Under the pieces are notes generated by a model that was not told where the DNA came from, did not search any database, and saw nothing but the letters and a program-made list of their open reading frames with translations. A DNA stretch of 25,326 nucleotides. Origin: a virus (lineage: Duplodnaviria; Caudoviricetes). Within the stretch, counting starts at the first letter, position 1. Each line of letters begins with the position of its first letter. The DNA lies in IMG/VR virus record IMGVR_UViG_3300006169_000167, positions 1-25,326 of that record, one strand, 5' to 3'. This document shows, piece after piece, positions 8,600 to 17,446 of the stretch. The position numbers and the translations under genes are program-made.

Positions 8600-9576
8600 T
8601 GGCTTATATTGGTCGCCTTCGGCAAATCGGAGTAGGGCGTGAAACGACGCCTGGTACTCCGGTCGCTCCGGCTTTTGCGATTCCTGTCGAAAGTGGAAGC
8701 GTGGCCCCCGAAGTCGAATACGCCGAGGACCCGTCCGCAGTTGGACGAATCGAGGGTCCAGTTCAGTCCCGAGTGACGAAGGAGAACGCCGCAGCCCGAT
8801 TCACGGCCGTTGTTCGTTCGGATTGGATCGGAATGATGTTCCGGCAGTTGCTCGGGTCGGTCTCCTCCACTTTGGCGGGTGGCGAGTCGGCCGTGTGGCA
8901 ACACACATTTACTGTCCAGAACGATAACGCCCACCCCGCATTGACCGTGGTCGGCAAGGACGGCGTTGCGACAGAATCAAGTTCATACGCAATGATTCGC
9001 AGAATGACGCTGACGGCTGAGCCGGGCGGTCTTCTGATGTGCGAAGTTGAGCTAGTCGGACGCAAGTTATCCTCAACTTCTTGGACGCCTGCATACAGTG
9101 CCGACCACATTTGGAAGGGATTTCAAGGCACCATTAAGCTGGCCACGTCGCTTTCGGGGCTTTCGGGAGCTTCCGCTATAGCATTTCACCGTCTGACACT
9201 CGACTTCGATCCGAGCCTCGTGCAGCATCATGCTTTCGGATCTGACACGCTCACGAAGAACGTAAACGGCACCTTCAAGGTTACGGGCGAACTCGAAATC
9301 CTTCACGAAGCAAACACCTACCGGGACTACGTGAAGAGTGGCGGCGAGCGAGCGATGCGAATCTCCTTTGCAGGAGATGCGATCGGCAATGCCGAAGTAG
9401 CAGAGCTGGAAATCAATCTCGCCAAGGTCGCTTTCCGAGAATGGACGCCGAGCGATGGAAATGACGATCTCCGTACGGAAACGATCGCGTTCACGGCGGA
9501 ATACGATATGGCTGAGGGCTCCCCACAGATGATCAACGTAGTGCTCACAAATGAAGAGAATACCTCCGCATACTAA
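8599..9576 (+). CDS. Major tail tube protein
   Basis: N-terminal IGVGRETTPGTPVAP, WQHTFT and VTGELEI motifs; followed by chaperone and tape measure genes. Confidence 0.85.
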   Translation: MAYIGRLRQIGVGRETTPGTPVAPAFAIPVESGSVAPEVEYAEDPSAVGRIEGPVQSRVTKENAAARFTAVVRSDWIGMMFRQLLGSVSSTLAGGESAVWQHTFTVQNDNAHPALTVVGKDGVATESSSYAMIRRMTLTAEPGGLLMCEVELVGRKLSSTSWTPAYSADHIWKGFQGTIKLATSLSGLSGASAIAFHRLTLDFDPSLVQHHAFGSDTLTKNVNGTFKVTGELEILHEANTYRDYVKSGGERAMRISFAGDAIGNAEVAELEINLAKVAFREWTPSDGNDDLRTETIAFTAEYDMAEGSPQMINVVLTNEENTSAY

Positions 9577-10025
9577 TGAAGCTACCGATTTCTCAAATCG
9601 AGGCCGAGCTGAAGAAGTTCATGCCGCACGGTGTGGCGGCCGCTGCAAATGAAGCAATGTTCCCAGAGGGGGTGAATGCTTCGTCCGTACAGGCAACCAA
9701 AGAAGACCTCTTGCGTGAATTCGGACCTAAAACCATTCGCGAGCTCGACAATCTACCCGAGGGCGAGCACGAAAAGCGGCTTGAGGAGCTTCGTCAGAAG
9801 TATGCCGAGAACCGTTTGAAGGACCAAAAGGTAAAACTGCAGGACGTGAACAGGTCCAATTTGATCAAGGTGAGGGGCATGCTCGTGAAGCTGGATGGGA
9901 AGGAGCCGACGGACGATGCGATCAACGATCTTCCTGAAGAGGACTTTCAGGGTCTGCTTCAGGAGATTGCGAATATTGCGGATAGCGAGACCGCAAAAAA
10001 AAAGCCAAAGCGGCACGATGGCTGA
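9576..10025 (+). CDS. Tail assembly chaperone (gpG-like)
   Basis: Lies between tail tube and TMP; INDLPEEDF motif; ends with a slippery A9G run. Confidence 0.8.
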   Translation: MKLPISQIEAELKKFMPHGVAAAANEAMFPEGVNASSVQATKEDLLREFGPKTIRELDNLPEGEHEKRLEELRQKYAENRLKDQKVKLQDVNRSNLIKVRGMLVKLDGKEPTDDAINDLPEEDFQGLLQEIANIADSETAKKKPKRHDG

Positions 10026-10240
10026 TCGCCGGTCTTCCGGTTACTGAATTCGAGCAGGCCGCACGCCAAGCGGTTATTGACCACATTCTGATGCGGGATG
10101 TGTTCCATTGCACGCCGGAGCAACTCCGCGAGATGGATCACAACGATGTATTGCTCCATTGGGCCGTCCGCGAATCAATACGCATTCAGGAGGAAAAGGA
10201 GGTAAAGTACCTACGTTCCAACGCAAAACGTGGGCGATAA
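10001..10240 (+). CDS. -1 frameshift extension of the tail chaperone (gpT part of a gpGT fusion, about 220 aa in total)
   Basis: A AAA AAG at 9998-10004. The -1 frame reads KAKAARWLIAG...VFHCTPEQLREMD...KRGR and stops at 10240, overlapping the TMP start. Confidence 0.85.
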   Translation, partial: KAKAARWLIAGLPVTEFEQAARQAVIDHILMRDVFHCTPEQLREMDHNDVLLHWAVRESIRIQEEKEVKYLRSNAKRGR

Positions 10241-11672
10241 GACTCTTCTTTACATCATCCGGGCACGCAACGAAGCCAGTAAGGTATTCAAGCAATTCCG
10301 CGATGATCTCAACGGAGTCGGCAAGGAGGCAGAGAAAGCTTCCAGGACAGCGAATGCTGCTCTCGGTTTCTTCACGAAGGAAGCCGGGCAGGAGTTCAAG
10401 AATTTCGGGCAAAGCATCCTGGGATCAGTCCAGGCGATGGCTGATGCGGGACGCGAGGCCGAACGTACGGACAAGCTCCTGAATGCAGTGCTGAAATCTA
10501 CCGGGCATGCGGCAGGACTCACGGCCGACGAAATCAAAGACATGGCCGCAGGGTTCCAGAGCGTCACAAACTTCAGTGACGACGCGATCGTCTCCGCACA
10601 GAACGTCCTTCTGACGTATACGGCCATCGGCAAGGAAACTTTCCCGCGTGCGACTCAGGCGGTCCTGGATATGTCTGCCGCACTCGGTACGGACCTAAAC
10701 CAGGCCGCGGAGCGAGTGGGTAACATTCTGAACTATCCCTCGGTGGCTCTGAACTCCCTCACAAAGCAGGGATTCCGCTTCACAGAGCAGCAGAAGGAGC
10801 AGATTCATGCGATGGAAGCAGCGGGCAATATCGCAGGAGCTCAGGCAGTCATCTTTGAAGAGCTGGAGCTGGCTTACGGAGGAGCGGCTCAGGCCGTTGC
10901 AGATTCATCCACGCAAATGACAAACTCGATCCAGGGGGTGAAGGATGAACTTGGCAAAGCATTGCTTCCGGTGCTCGATAGAATCGCGGAGGTACTCGTT
11001 CCAATCCTTGAACAGGTGAAGCAGTGGATTCAGGATAACCCAGAGCTTGCACAAACCATCATTGCGGTCACTGCAGCGATCGGAGCACTGGCATTTGTCT
11101 TCGGATCACTTCTTGTCGTTGTCGGTAGCGTTGCCGCGTCTCTTGCTGCTATTGGCGTGACGGTGGCGGCAGGGGGGGCGTTCTTTATTGCGATTACCGG
11201 GGTCATCGCATTGATCACCGCTGTGACTCAACACTGGGAGGGGCTGAAATGGATGTTCGGCAACGTATGGAATTCGATCGTCGAAACACTCCAGGAGAAG
11301 GTCAACATAATCAAATCGATCTTCACTGGACTCTTCAACTTCTTGAAGGGAATGATTTCCTCAATTATCGGTGCAGCCGGCGAAGCTGTGACTGCCGCAA
11401 AGAATGTGGTAAGTGGAGGCTCCAAGCGAGCTATCGGCGGTCCGGCTGAGGGGCTGACCCTCGTAGGCGAACGCGGACCCGAGCTCGTCTCACTTCCTCG
11501 TGGAAGCTATGTGCATACCGCTGGGAAGACGAGAAGCATGTTGAGCGAATCCGGACAATCGCCACTTTCGTTCTCGATCGGGCAGATCAACGTCTACAAC
11601 GAAGCAGATGAGGATCGCTTTATCGAAAAGATCCGAAGAGCGATTGAGCTGCAAACCCTCCAAGCTGCCTGA
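10230..11672 (+). CDS. Tape measure protein (short, 480 aa)
   Basis: IIRARNEASKVF N-terminus, Ala-rich helical body, hydrophobic segment and C-terminal RAIGG...LVGERGPELV motif. Confidence 0.93.
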   Translation: MGDKTLLYIIRARNEASKVFKQFRDDLNGVGKEAEKASRTANAALGFFTKEAGQEFKNFGQSILGSVQAMADAGREAERTDKLLNAVLKSTGHAAGLTADEIKDMAAGFQSVTNFSDDAIVSAQNVLLTYTAIGKETFPRATQAVLDMSAALGTDLNQAAERVGNILNYPSVALNSLTKQGFRFTEQQKEQIHAMEAAGNIAGAQAVIFEELELAYGGAAQAVADSSTQMTNSIQGVKDELGKALLPVLDRIAEVLVPILEQVKQWIQDNPELAQTIIAVTAAIGALAFVFGSLLVVVGSVAASLAAIGVTVAAGGAFFIAITGVIALITAVTQHWEGLKWMFGNVWNSIVETLQEKVNIIKSIFTGLFNFLKGMISSIIGAAGEAVTAAKNVVSGGSKRAIGGPAEGLTLVGERGPELVSLPRGSYVHTAGKTRSMLSESGQSPLSFSIGQINVYNEADEDRFIEKIRRAIELQTLQAA

Positions 11673-12526
11673 TGCTGTTCAATACGAAACTATTTAACAC
11701 CGGCTTGTACAACGGGGGTGATGAGCTCACCGAAAGCCTTTCGACGGACCTAATCGTCTTCAATGGCTTCTCGATGAGCAGCTCCGACATCATCACGGAG
11801 CAGTTCCCCGAAAGCGGTCCTACACGTGAAATCATCGGCGGCAATGTACCGCGTGGACACGGCCAATATCGCACTGCCGATTACTTCAGAGCCAAGACGC
11901 TGGAATTCTCAGGAATAGCGACGGCGGCAAGTGCGGCCGCTCTGAATACGCTTCTCGACACGATCATGAAAGCCCTCAGCCCCGCCGACGGGCATCTAGA
12001 TATCACACGGGACGGCGTGACGCGTCGTTTCGTCGCTACCCTTCGGAATCCCGATACGATCTTTTCGGGTCGCCAGGGAAGCGATATCTCCGTCTGTCCG
12101 TTCCGATGCATCTTTGAATGCCGTGAGCCGTTCGGTCATGACGTCGAATACACCGCCGCTTCCGAGTCGATCTCCATTCCATCGAGCAACTACGCGATTC
12201 AAAACATCGGCACGGCTCCCGCCGATCCGGTGTTCATCCTCATCTTTGACGCTGCAACGGCTGTAAGTGCCGTGAACATCCAGCGAATCGACGGCAACGG
12301 AAACACGCTTCAGGAGATCGAATTTGCCGACACGATCAACGCGGGCGATGTGCTCGAATTCGATTCCGAGCGAAAGAAAGTGATCCTAAATGGCATACCG
12401 CAACGCTTCACCGGATCGTTCCTTGAGCTTGAGCCTGGAGCGAACCTGGTTCGAATCGCAATCGCGGGGACTTCTTTCTCGATCACTGCTACACTCAAGC
12501 ACAAGAACGCCTACCTCAATGCATGA
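11672..12526 (+). CDS. Distal tail protein (Dit)
   Basis: Follows TMP; FECREPF, IQNIGTAPADPVF, LEFDSERKKV and FLELEPGAN motifs. Confidence 0.85.
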   Translation: MLFNTKLFNTGLYNGGDELTESLSTDLIVFNGFSMSSSDIITEQFPESGPTREIIGGNVPRGHGQYRTADYFRAKTLEFSGIATAASAAALNTLLDTIMKALSPADGHLDITRDGVTRRFVATLRNPDTIFSGRQGSDISVCPFRCIFECREPFGHDVEYTAASESISIPSSNYAIQNIGTAPADPVFILIFDAATAVSAVNIQRIDGNGNTLQEIEFADTINAGDVLEFDSERKKVILNGIPQRFTGSFLELEPGANLVRIAIAGTSFSITATLKHKNAYLNA

Positions 12527-13914
12527 CGCCCATTCTTTTTGCCACCAAAGATAACGCCGAAGGTCAACTGAACGCCACGATCAGCCCTTCCGCCACGGCA
12601 ATTCCGATGCAGACGGGCAACGGAACGAAGTTCCCGCAGCCCTACAACGGAACGGCAAACTCGGGCGGCTCCACCACGGAACTCAATTGCACGGGCATTC
12701 TCGCTCTGATCGGTGCGGGGGCGGTTGGGAAGCCGATCCGCAACGTGACGGACAATTCCCTCGCATTCATCAAGTCGATCACGACGAACCAAGTGGTCAC
12801 GACGCCGCTCCTGGGCGGCTCAGATAACACGTGGCAGAACTCGGACGAATGGCAAATTGACGAGTGCGTGCTGACACTTGCGAAGCTGAACGGAAACGGC
12901 GAAATCACACAATACGAAGAAACGCTCGTAAAAGCCCGTTCCGGTGACAACTGGACGGCTCGGACTCGGGGCTACAACGGCACGACCGCCGCACAGTTCG
13001 ACTCAGGGGACCGCGTGTACTTGTTCGTGACCTCTCCGATTCAGGAACGGCTCAAAGACTATCTGAACGAGCTTGCGAAGAGGCTAGAAGAAGAAGGAGA
13101 TGCTATCGACACGCTAGAAGCGGACTTGGCATCGCAGGATAGCGGCAAAGGAGCTTCAAAGGTGGGGATCGAAGATGCCGGAACTCGCTTCACGGGGACG
13201 GATGTTGAAGCAGCTCTAGCGGAGACGTTCGATCTTGCAGAGAGTGCCTTAAATGCCGCCAGTCCAACGGGAGCGATGGTAGCGTGGCCTGTGAAGGTGG
13301 CACCGCCCGGATGGCTACTTTGCAACGGGCAAGCTGTACTGCGATCAACGTATGCGGCACTGTTCGCCGCGATCTGCCCAACAATCGGGACGTTCACTGT
13401 GACGATCAACACTCCCGCCACCTTCACGAAGGTGGGGCATGGGCTTGAGGAAGGAGATGCTGTGTATTTTACGACGACCGGAGCACTGCCAACCGGGTTG
13501 ACCGCGAACACGATTTACTACGTGGTGTCCGGTGGCCTAGCCGCCGACAATTTCCGAGTGTCTTCCACTTTCGGTGGGAGCGAGATCAACACGTCGGGTA
13601 GCCAGTCGGGAACTCATACTGTCGTCCTCTGCCCGCATGGATTAGGAAACGGCTCCACAACTTTCAATGTGCCAGATGTACGCGGACGAGTTCTGATGGG
13701 TAACGACGTCATGGGATCGACGGCCGCTTCTCGTGTCACTCAAGCAAAGGCTGTGGGTGCCACGGGTGGCAGCAATAACGGTGCACACACGCATACGATG
13801 ACGACGGGAGGCGTGTCGTCCGGTGGAGGAGCAACGGCCGTGACCAACGGAACGACGGCAAACACAAACGTTCTGCCGCCGTACGTTACGGAGAACTTCA
13901 TCATCAAGACGTAG
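12523..13914 (+). CDS. Tail fibre / receptor-binding protein with tail collar domain
   Basis: TRGYNGTTA motif; collar motifs PTGAMVAW..PPGWLLCNGQAVLRSTYAALFAAI and GSTTFNVPDVRGR; C-terminal NVLPPYVTENFIIKT. Confidence 0.9.
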   Translation: MTPILFATKDNAEGQLNATISPSATAIPMQTGNGTKFPQPYNGTANSGGSTTELNCTGILALIGAGAVGKPIRNVTDNSLAFIKSITTNQVVTTPLLGGSDNTWQNSDEWQIDECVLTLAKLNGNGEITQYEETLVKARSGDNWTARTRGYNGTTAAQFDSGDRVYLFVTSPIQERLKDYLNELAKRLEEEGDAIDTLEADLASQDSGKGASKVGIEDAGTRFTGTDVEAALAETFDLAESALNAASPTGAMVAWPVKVAPPGWLLCNGQAVLRSTYAALFAAICPTIGTFTVTINTPATFTKVGHGLEEGDAVYFTTTGALPTGLTANTIYYVVSGGLAADNFRVSSTFGGSEINTSGSQSGTHTVVLCPHGLGNGSTTFNVPDVRGRVLMGNDVMGSTAASRVTQAKAVGATGGSNNGAHTHTMTTGGVSSGGGATAVTNGTTANTNVLPPYVTENFIIKT

Positions 13915-13915
13915 C

Positions 13916-15019
13916 ATGGACAAGAGCTTCGTCGTCCAGTTCTTCAATCAAGACCTGAGCTTCAGCTCGAATCCGTCGCCAATTCTGTTGAAAGCGGCTC
14001 CGACCTTTGCCTCTCGAATCAATGGCGGTCACGGGCAGTGCGTCGTTGATCTGAATCTGCCTTTCGACGACTTCGGCGAAGGCACGACAATCGGGCTCAT
14101 GAAGATCGCGGACATCTATGCCATCGACGCGAATCATCCTCGTGGCCGACGAATTTATCGCGGTTTCGTCACCCAGTATGAACCGTATCTCGAAGGTGGC
14201 CGGGAAGGCGTCAAGGTCACGCTTCTCGGTTTGGCGTCACTTCTCACGCTGAGCCTATACAAGACGGGCGGCGGCAGCGTGACGGTCTCCCATACCACGG
14301 ACGATCCCGAAGCGATCGTGCGTGCCGTTATTGACCATTTCAACACGGTCTACGGCGGCAACCTGATTACTTACACCGACGGTACGACGGACCCCATCGG
14401 CGTCGTACCGAACGTGACGTTTGAATCTCAGAAATGGTTTGATTCGATTCGGAAGACGCTGGAACTTGCCGAAGCCGGGTGGTGGTGGAAGGTCGATCAT
14501 GACGGCCTGTTCTGGTTCAAACCGCGTCCATCCGATGTGACGCATCAGTTCACACTGAAGGATGATGTGGACAGCGTTCGCGTGACAAAGAATAGCGAAA
14601 AGGTCGTGAACGAGGTGTACTTGAAGTGGAGCCTCAGCGGAACGCCCCAAACGACGCACATCTTCGATCTTCCGAGCCAGGCTGCATTTGGAACGGGAAG
14701 CCCGCCCACCGGCGTACGAACGAAGGTGCTCAATGGATCGTCCGTGAACGACGGAACTTCGGCAGGACAGGCCGCACAAAAGGAGCTAGACGACAACAAA
14801 GTAGCGAAGACTGCAACACAACTTGTGATCAACGAGAAATACGATCTGGAAAGCATCCATGTCGGAGAAATGTGCGAAGTTCTGAATTACAAGAAGGGCA
14901 GCACGCTCTTTGAAGGTCCGATGATCATCGCGGGCCTTACGTACACAGCGGAGAAAGTGACGCTGGATCTTGAACAGCCCCGCGACTTCGGCTTGGAGCT
15001 TCAGAGTTTTGTCGGGTAG
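13916..15019 (+). CDS. Baseplate hub / Tal-like minor tail protein
   Basis: IYRGFV, WWWKVDHDGLFWFKPR and IHVGEMCEV patterns typical of gp27-like hubs; last tail gene. Confidence 0.7.
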   Translation: MDKSFVVQFFNQDLSFSSNPSPILLKAAPTFASRINGGHGQCVVDLNLPFDDFGEGTTIGLMKIADIYAIDANHPRGRRIYRGFVTQYEPYLEGGREGVKVTLLGLASLLTLSLYKTGGGSVTVSHTTDDPEAIVRAVIDHFNTVYGGNLITYTDGTTDPIGVVPNVTFESQKWFDSIRKTLELAEAGWWWKVDHDGLFWFKPRPSDVTHQFTLKDDVDSVRVTKNSEKVVNEVYLKWSLSGTPQTTHIFDLPSQAAFGTGSPPTGVRTKVLNGSSVNDGTSAGQAAQKELDDNKVAKTATQLVINEKYDLESIHVGEMCEVLNYKKGSTLFEGPMIIAGLTYTAEKVTLDLEQPRDFGLELQSFVG

Positions 15020-15028
15020 TGTGGAATC

Positions 15029-15241
15029 GTGGAAGGAGATTCTCCGACGATCATCGCAACTTTAGCCGGAGCCGTCTCGATTCTCTGCACCGCTCTGGGT
15101 TGGCTCGTGAAGACACTCATCAAGTCACTCGATAAGAACACTGCCGCATTCGTCAGCAATACGGAAGTGATTCGCGAGAACACGCAAGCCTTGAACAAGA
15201 TGATGGATGTCGTTCAAACTTACCTTCTCAAAGACCGATGA
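15029..15241 (+). CDS. Putative holin (one TM plus coiled coil)
   Basis: N-terminal TM helix; ATGA overlap with the endolysin gene. Confidence 0.65.
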   Translation: MEGDSPTIIATLAGAVSILCTALGWLVKTLIKSLDKNTAAFVSNTEVIRENTQALNKMMDVVQTYLLKDR

Positions 15242-15804
15242 ACTCCCGTGAATACATTGTCATCCATCATTCCGCAATTCCGGTTGAACGGAATCAGTTC
15301 GATGGCATCAATGCGTACCACAAGTCGCAAGGCTTTCCGGTCAGCAGCCGCGGCTTCTATGTCGGCTACCATTACCTGATTGAGAAAAACGGGATCATCC
15401 GGCAGGCCCGCGAAGACAAGGAAATCGGAGCTCACACTGTCAGCATGTGGCCTCCGTACTGGAACATGAACGCACGCGGGATCGGCATCTGCATGGCCGG
15501 AGACTTCACCAAAGAAAAGGTGGACCTCGAACAGCTTCGCACGTTGCGACACCTCGTGGACGAGCTTCAGGCGAAGTATGGCATTCCTGATGGCAAGGTT
15601 ATTCTTCATCGCCAAGCGAAGGCGACAGCATGTCCTGGCGTTGATTTCGTCTACCTGATGGAGTCAATGACGCGGCCGGACCTCAAGCAGAAGCTTCAAA
15701 TTACTGACGAGCAATTGAGGAACGCGAAAACAAACGCAGAAAGAAATCGGTTGACACGAATGCGTAAGAGGATCGTGAAGGCAATCGAGGAGGGTACGAT
15801 GTAG
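15238..15804 (+). CDS. Endolysin, N-acetylmuramoyl-L-alanine amidase (Amidase_2 / T7 lysozyme-like)
   Basis: IVIHHS, GYHYLI, GAH, GIGICMAGDF and HR...TACPG zinc-amidase motifs. Confidence 0.95.
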   Translation: MNSREYIVIHHSAIPVERNQFDGINAYHKSQGFPVSSRGFYVGYHYLIEKNGIIRQAREDKEIGAHTVSMWPPYWNMNARGIGICMAGDFTKEKVDLEQLRTLRHLVDELQAKYGIPDGKVILHRQAKATACPGVDFVYLMESMTRPDLKQKLQITDEQLRNAKTNAERNRLTRMRKRIVKAIEEGTM

Positions 15805-15824
15805 GCATCTTCCATCCATTTCAT

Positions 15825-15986
15825 ATGTTGAAGAATTACCGCACGTATATCTTCGCGACTTTGATCGGGCTTCTGTCCGCTGCGAGATTCCTCGGGTACG
15901 TCGATGACGATACGTTCGTCACCCTTCTTGGGTTGCTGAACGGTGGCGGTCTCGCCGCACTCAGGTCAGCCATAAAGCAGCCCTAA
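15825..15986 (+). CDS. 53-aa two-TM holin-like protein (not in the ORF track)
   Basis: MLKNYRTYIFATLIGLLSAARFLGYVDDDTFVTLLGLLNGGGLAALRSAIKQP; located directly after the endolysin. Confidence 0.75.
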   Translation: MLKNYRTYIFATLIGLLSAARFLGYVDDDTFVTLLGLLNGGGLAALRSAIKQP

Positions 15987-16004
15987 CCAGCATCACGTCT
16001 GATT

Positions 16005-16136
16005 ATGAAAAGCCGCCTCAAGTGGCCCTTTATCAGCGTGTTCGCCTGCACGATCATCGTGATTGCAGCGGGGATATTGGACCGTCCCACGATTAAGACG
16101 TTCGTTGCCGACGTGCAGGAAGCGAGCGTTCAGTAG
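16005..16136 (+). CDS. 43-aa single-TM protein (not in the ORF track)
   Basis: MKSRLKWPFISVFACTIIVIAAGILDRPTIKTFVADVQEASVQ; basic N-terminus followed by a hydrophobic helix. Confidence 0.5.
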   Translation: MKSRLKWPFISVFACTIIVIAAGILDRPTIKTFVADVQEASVQ

Positions 16137-16141
16137 TGGAC

Positions 16142-16432
16142 TGTGGAAAACTCACGAGACGGTGGGTTATCTGTGGATAACCTCGTTTCGCGATGTGTGT
16201 GTTCTCTGTGGATAACCGCCGTCAGCCATGTGCAAAACTCCCGAAGTTAACCGGACTTTTCCACAAAAGGGCATACTGTTCTGCTGGACATGTGGAAAAC
16301 TAGCAAGGGTGCGGCTGGGACTTCTTGCGGAAAACTCTTCTGTTTTAGTGTGGTACCACGGTTTCCCGACGACGACGACGAATTCTTTAAAGATAAATAG
16401 TCTTCTTTTCGGCAGTGTGGAAATGTGGAAAA
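16142..16432. promoter_or_regulatory. DnaA-box cluster / oriC-like locus
   Basis: TGTGGATAA at 16172 and 16207; TGTGGAAAA at 16142, 16291 and 16424; TTTTCCACA at 16257; two-mismatch boxes at 16229, 16326 and 16416; (GAC)4 and an AT-rich patch at 16368-16410. Confidence 0.85.
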
Positions 16433-16441
16433 GTCGAGGCC

Positions 16442-16753
16442 GTGGTCCGGTGTTCCAAGCGAGGCTGCTCAAACAATGCCTGGTTCGAAGGTCTCTGCCA
16501 GGGTTGCTTCCGTGCAATGCAGAAAGCCAAGGCTGAACGCGAGCCGGCAGGAGATGATGCCTTCATTAAGAAGAAGTGGGCTAAGCAGGCGAAAGAACGC
16601 CGCCGAGGTGCCGCTCGTATCGCCCGCGTTAAAGTCAGGCGAGCTGCAGAATCTAAGCTCAAACGGCTGAAGCGTCGAGCTGCTTTGAATGCCCGAGGTG
16701 GACCGAACATTGACGAAAACTATCAAGAGATTGATCTGCGGGACTTCATGTGA
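16442..16753 (+). CDS. Small basic protein with a Cys4 zinc-finger-like N-terminus (start uncertain: 16415 or 16442)
   Basis: CSKRGC...CQGC motif and R/K-rich helix; its stop overlaps convergently with the HNH gene. Confidence 0.5.
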   Translation: MVRCSKRGCSNNAWFEGLCQGCFRAMQKAKAEREPAGDDAFIKKKWAKQAKERRRGAARIARVKVRRAAESKLKRLKRRAALNARGGPNIDENYQEIDLRDFM

Positions 16754-17378
16754 CTCGCGAGGTGATCTTGTCGAAGAAGGTAAGAAGAATCGCCCAGAAT
16801 CCCTTTTTGATGCCTTTCGTCAGCATCTTCGGACCGAAGCGAACGAGGATTAACGCGAGGTAGATGATTCCAATCGGCGAGAGGAGAAGGATAAACGAGA
16901 CGATCAGGGTCCACTTCAGAAAGAGCAATAGTTTCGGGACGATCCAACATGTCAGCCCCCACAACCTCGGCACGACCCATCGAAATCCTTTCCAGGTTGC
17001 GATTACAGCGGCTTTCGCAAGCTCAAGCTCCCTGGCTACTTGCCGGTTTCTTTTGACGGTCCAATCGCTTGTAATGCCTTTTGTGTGGCAGTGTACGCAG
17101 CGTGCACGAACGTCGATGTAGGTTTCATTGCCGAGGCTGCGGTAGTGCTTGTGATCCGTATGGAGCTTGTGACGCTGGCCGCGTTTCGAATAGCAGCGGC
17201 CACATTCCTCGCAAATCCATCCGCGTGAGCTGCGGAAGGCATACGAGAAACGTCTCCAATGCTCGCTCTTCAGGTACACGTTGTTGTACCAGTCATGCCA
17301 ATCCTGGTCGGGAGGCGGTCCCATCGGGTACTGTGCCATGCATGCACGGTACTTCTGACGGTTCTCAAAGCGCAACAT
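16746..17378 (-). CDS. HNH endonuclease with C-terminal transmembrane helices (likely start ATG 17378)
   Basis: YLKSEHW, CEECG and LHTDHKHYRSLGNE...CVHCH motifs, then hydrophobic LLLFLKWTLIVSFILLLSPIGIIYLALILV. Confidence 0.75.
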   Translation of the reverse strand: MLRFENRQKYRACMAQYPMGPPPDQDWHDWYNNVYLKSEHWRRFSYAFRSSRGWICEECGRCYSKRGQRHKLHTDHKHYRSLGNETYIDVRARCVHCHTKGITSDWTVKRNRQVARELELAKAAVIATWKGFRWVVPRLWGLTCWIVPKLLLFLKWTLIVSFILLLSPIGIIYLALILVRFGPKMLTKGIKKGFWAILLTFFDKITSRVT

Positions 17379-17446
17379 TAAACGATGAATCTGGCGGTAT
17401 TCGCGACAACCGCGAACAGGCTTCCGCTTCTGGCCCAGAAGATGGC

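Noticed and set aside
10108-10482. 124-aa ORF as the gpT chaperone part
   Set aside because: It is in the wrong frame and overlaps the TMP. The -1 frame ending at 10240 fits far better.
12523-13914. Diversity-generating retroelement target in the fibre gene
   Set aside because: No reverse transcriptase or template/variable repeat pair was seen in the window.
16142-16432. Repeats as a CRISPR array or plasmid iterons
   Set aside because: The units are 9-mers with irregular spacing that match the DnaA-box consensus, and no cas genes are present.
16167-16536. ORFs 16167..16517 (-) and 16228..16536 (+)
   Set aside because: They run across the DnaA-box array and have no protein-like features, so the region is better explained as non-coding.
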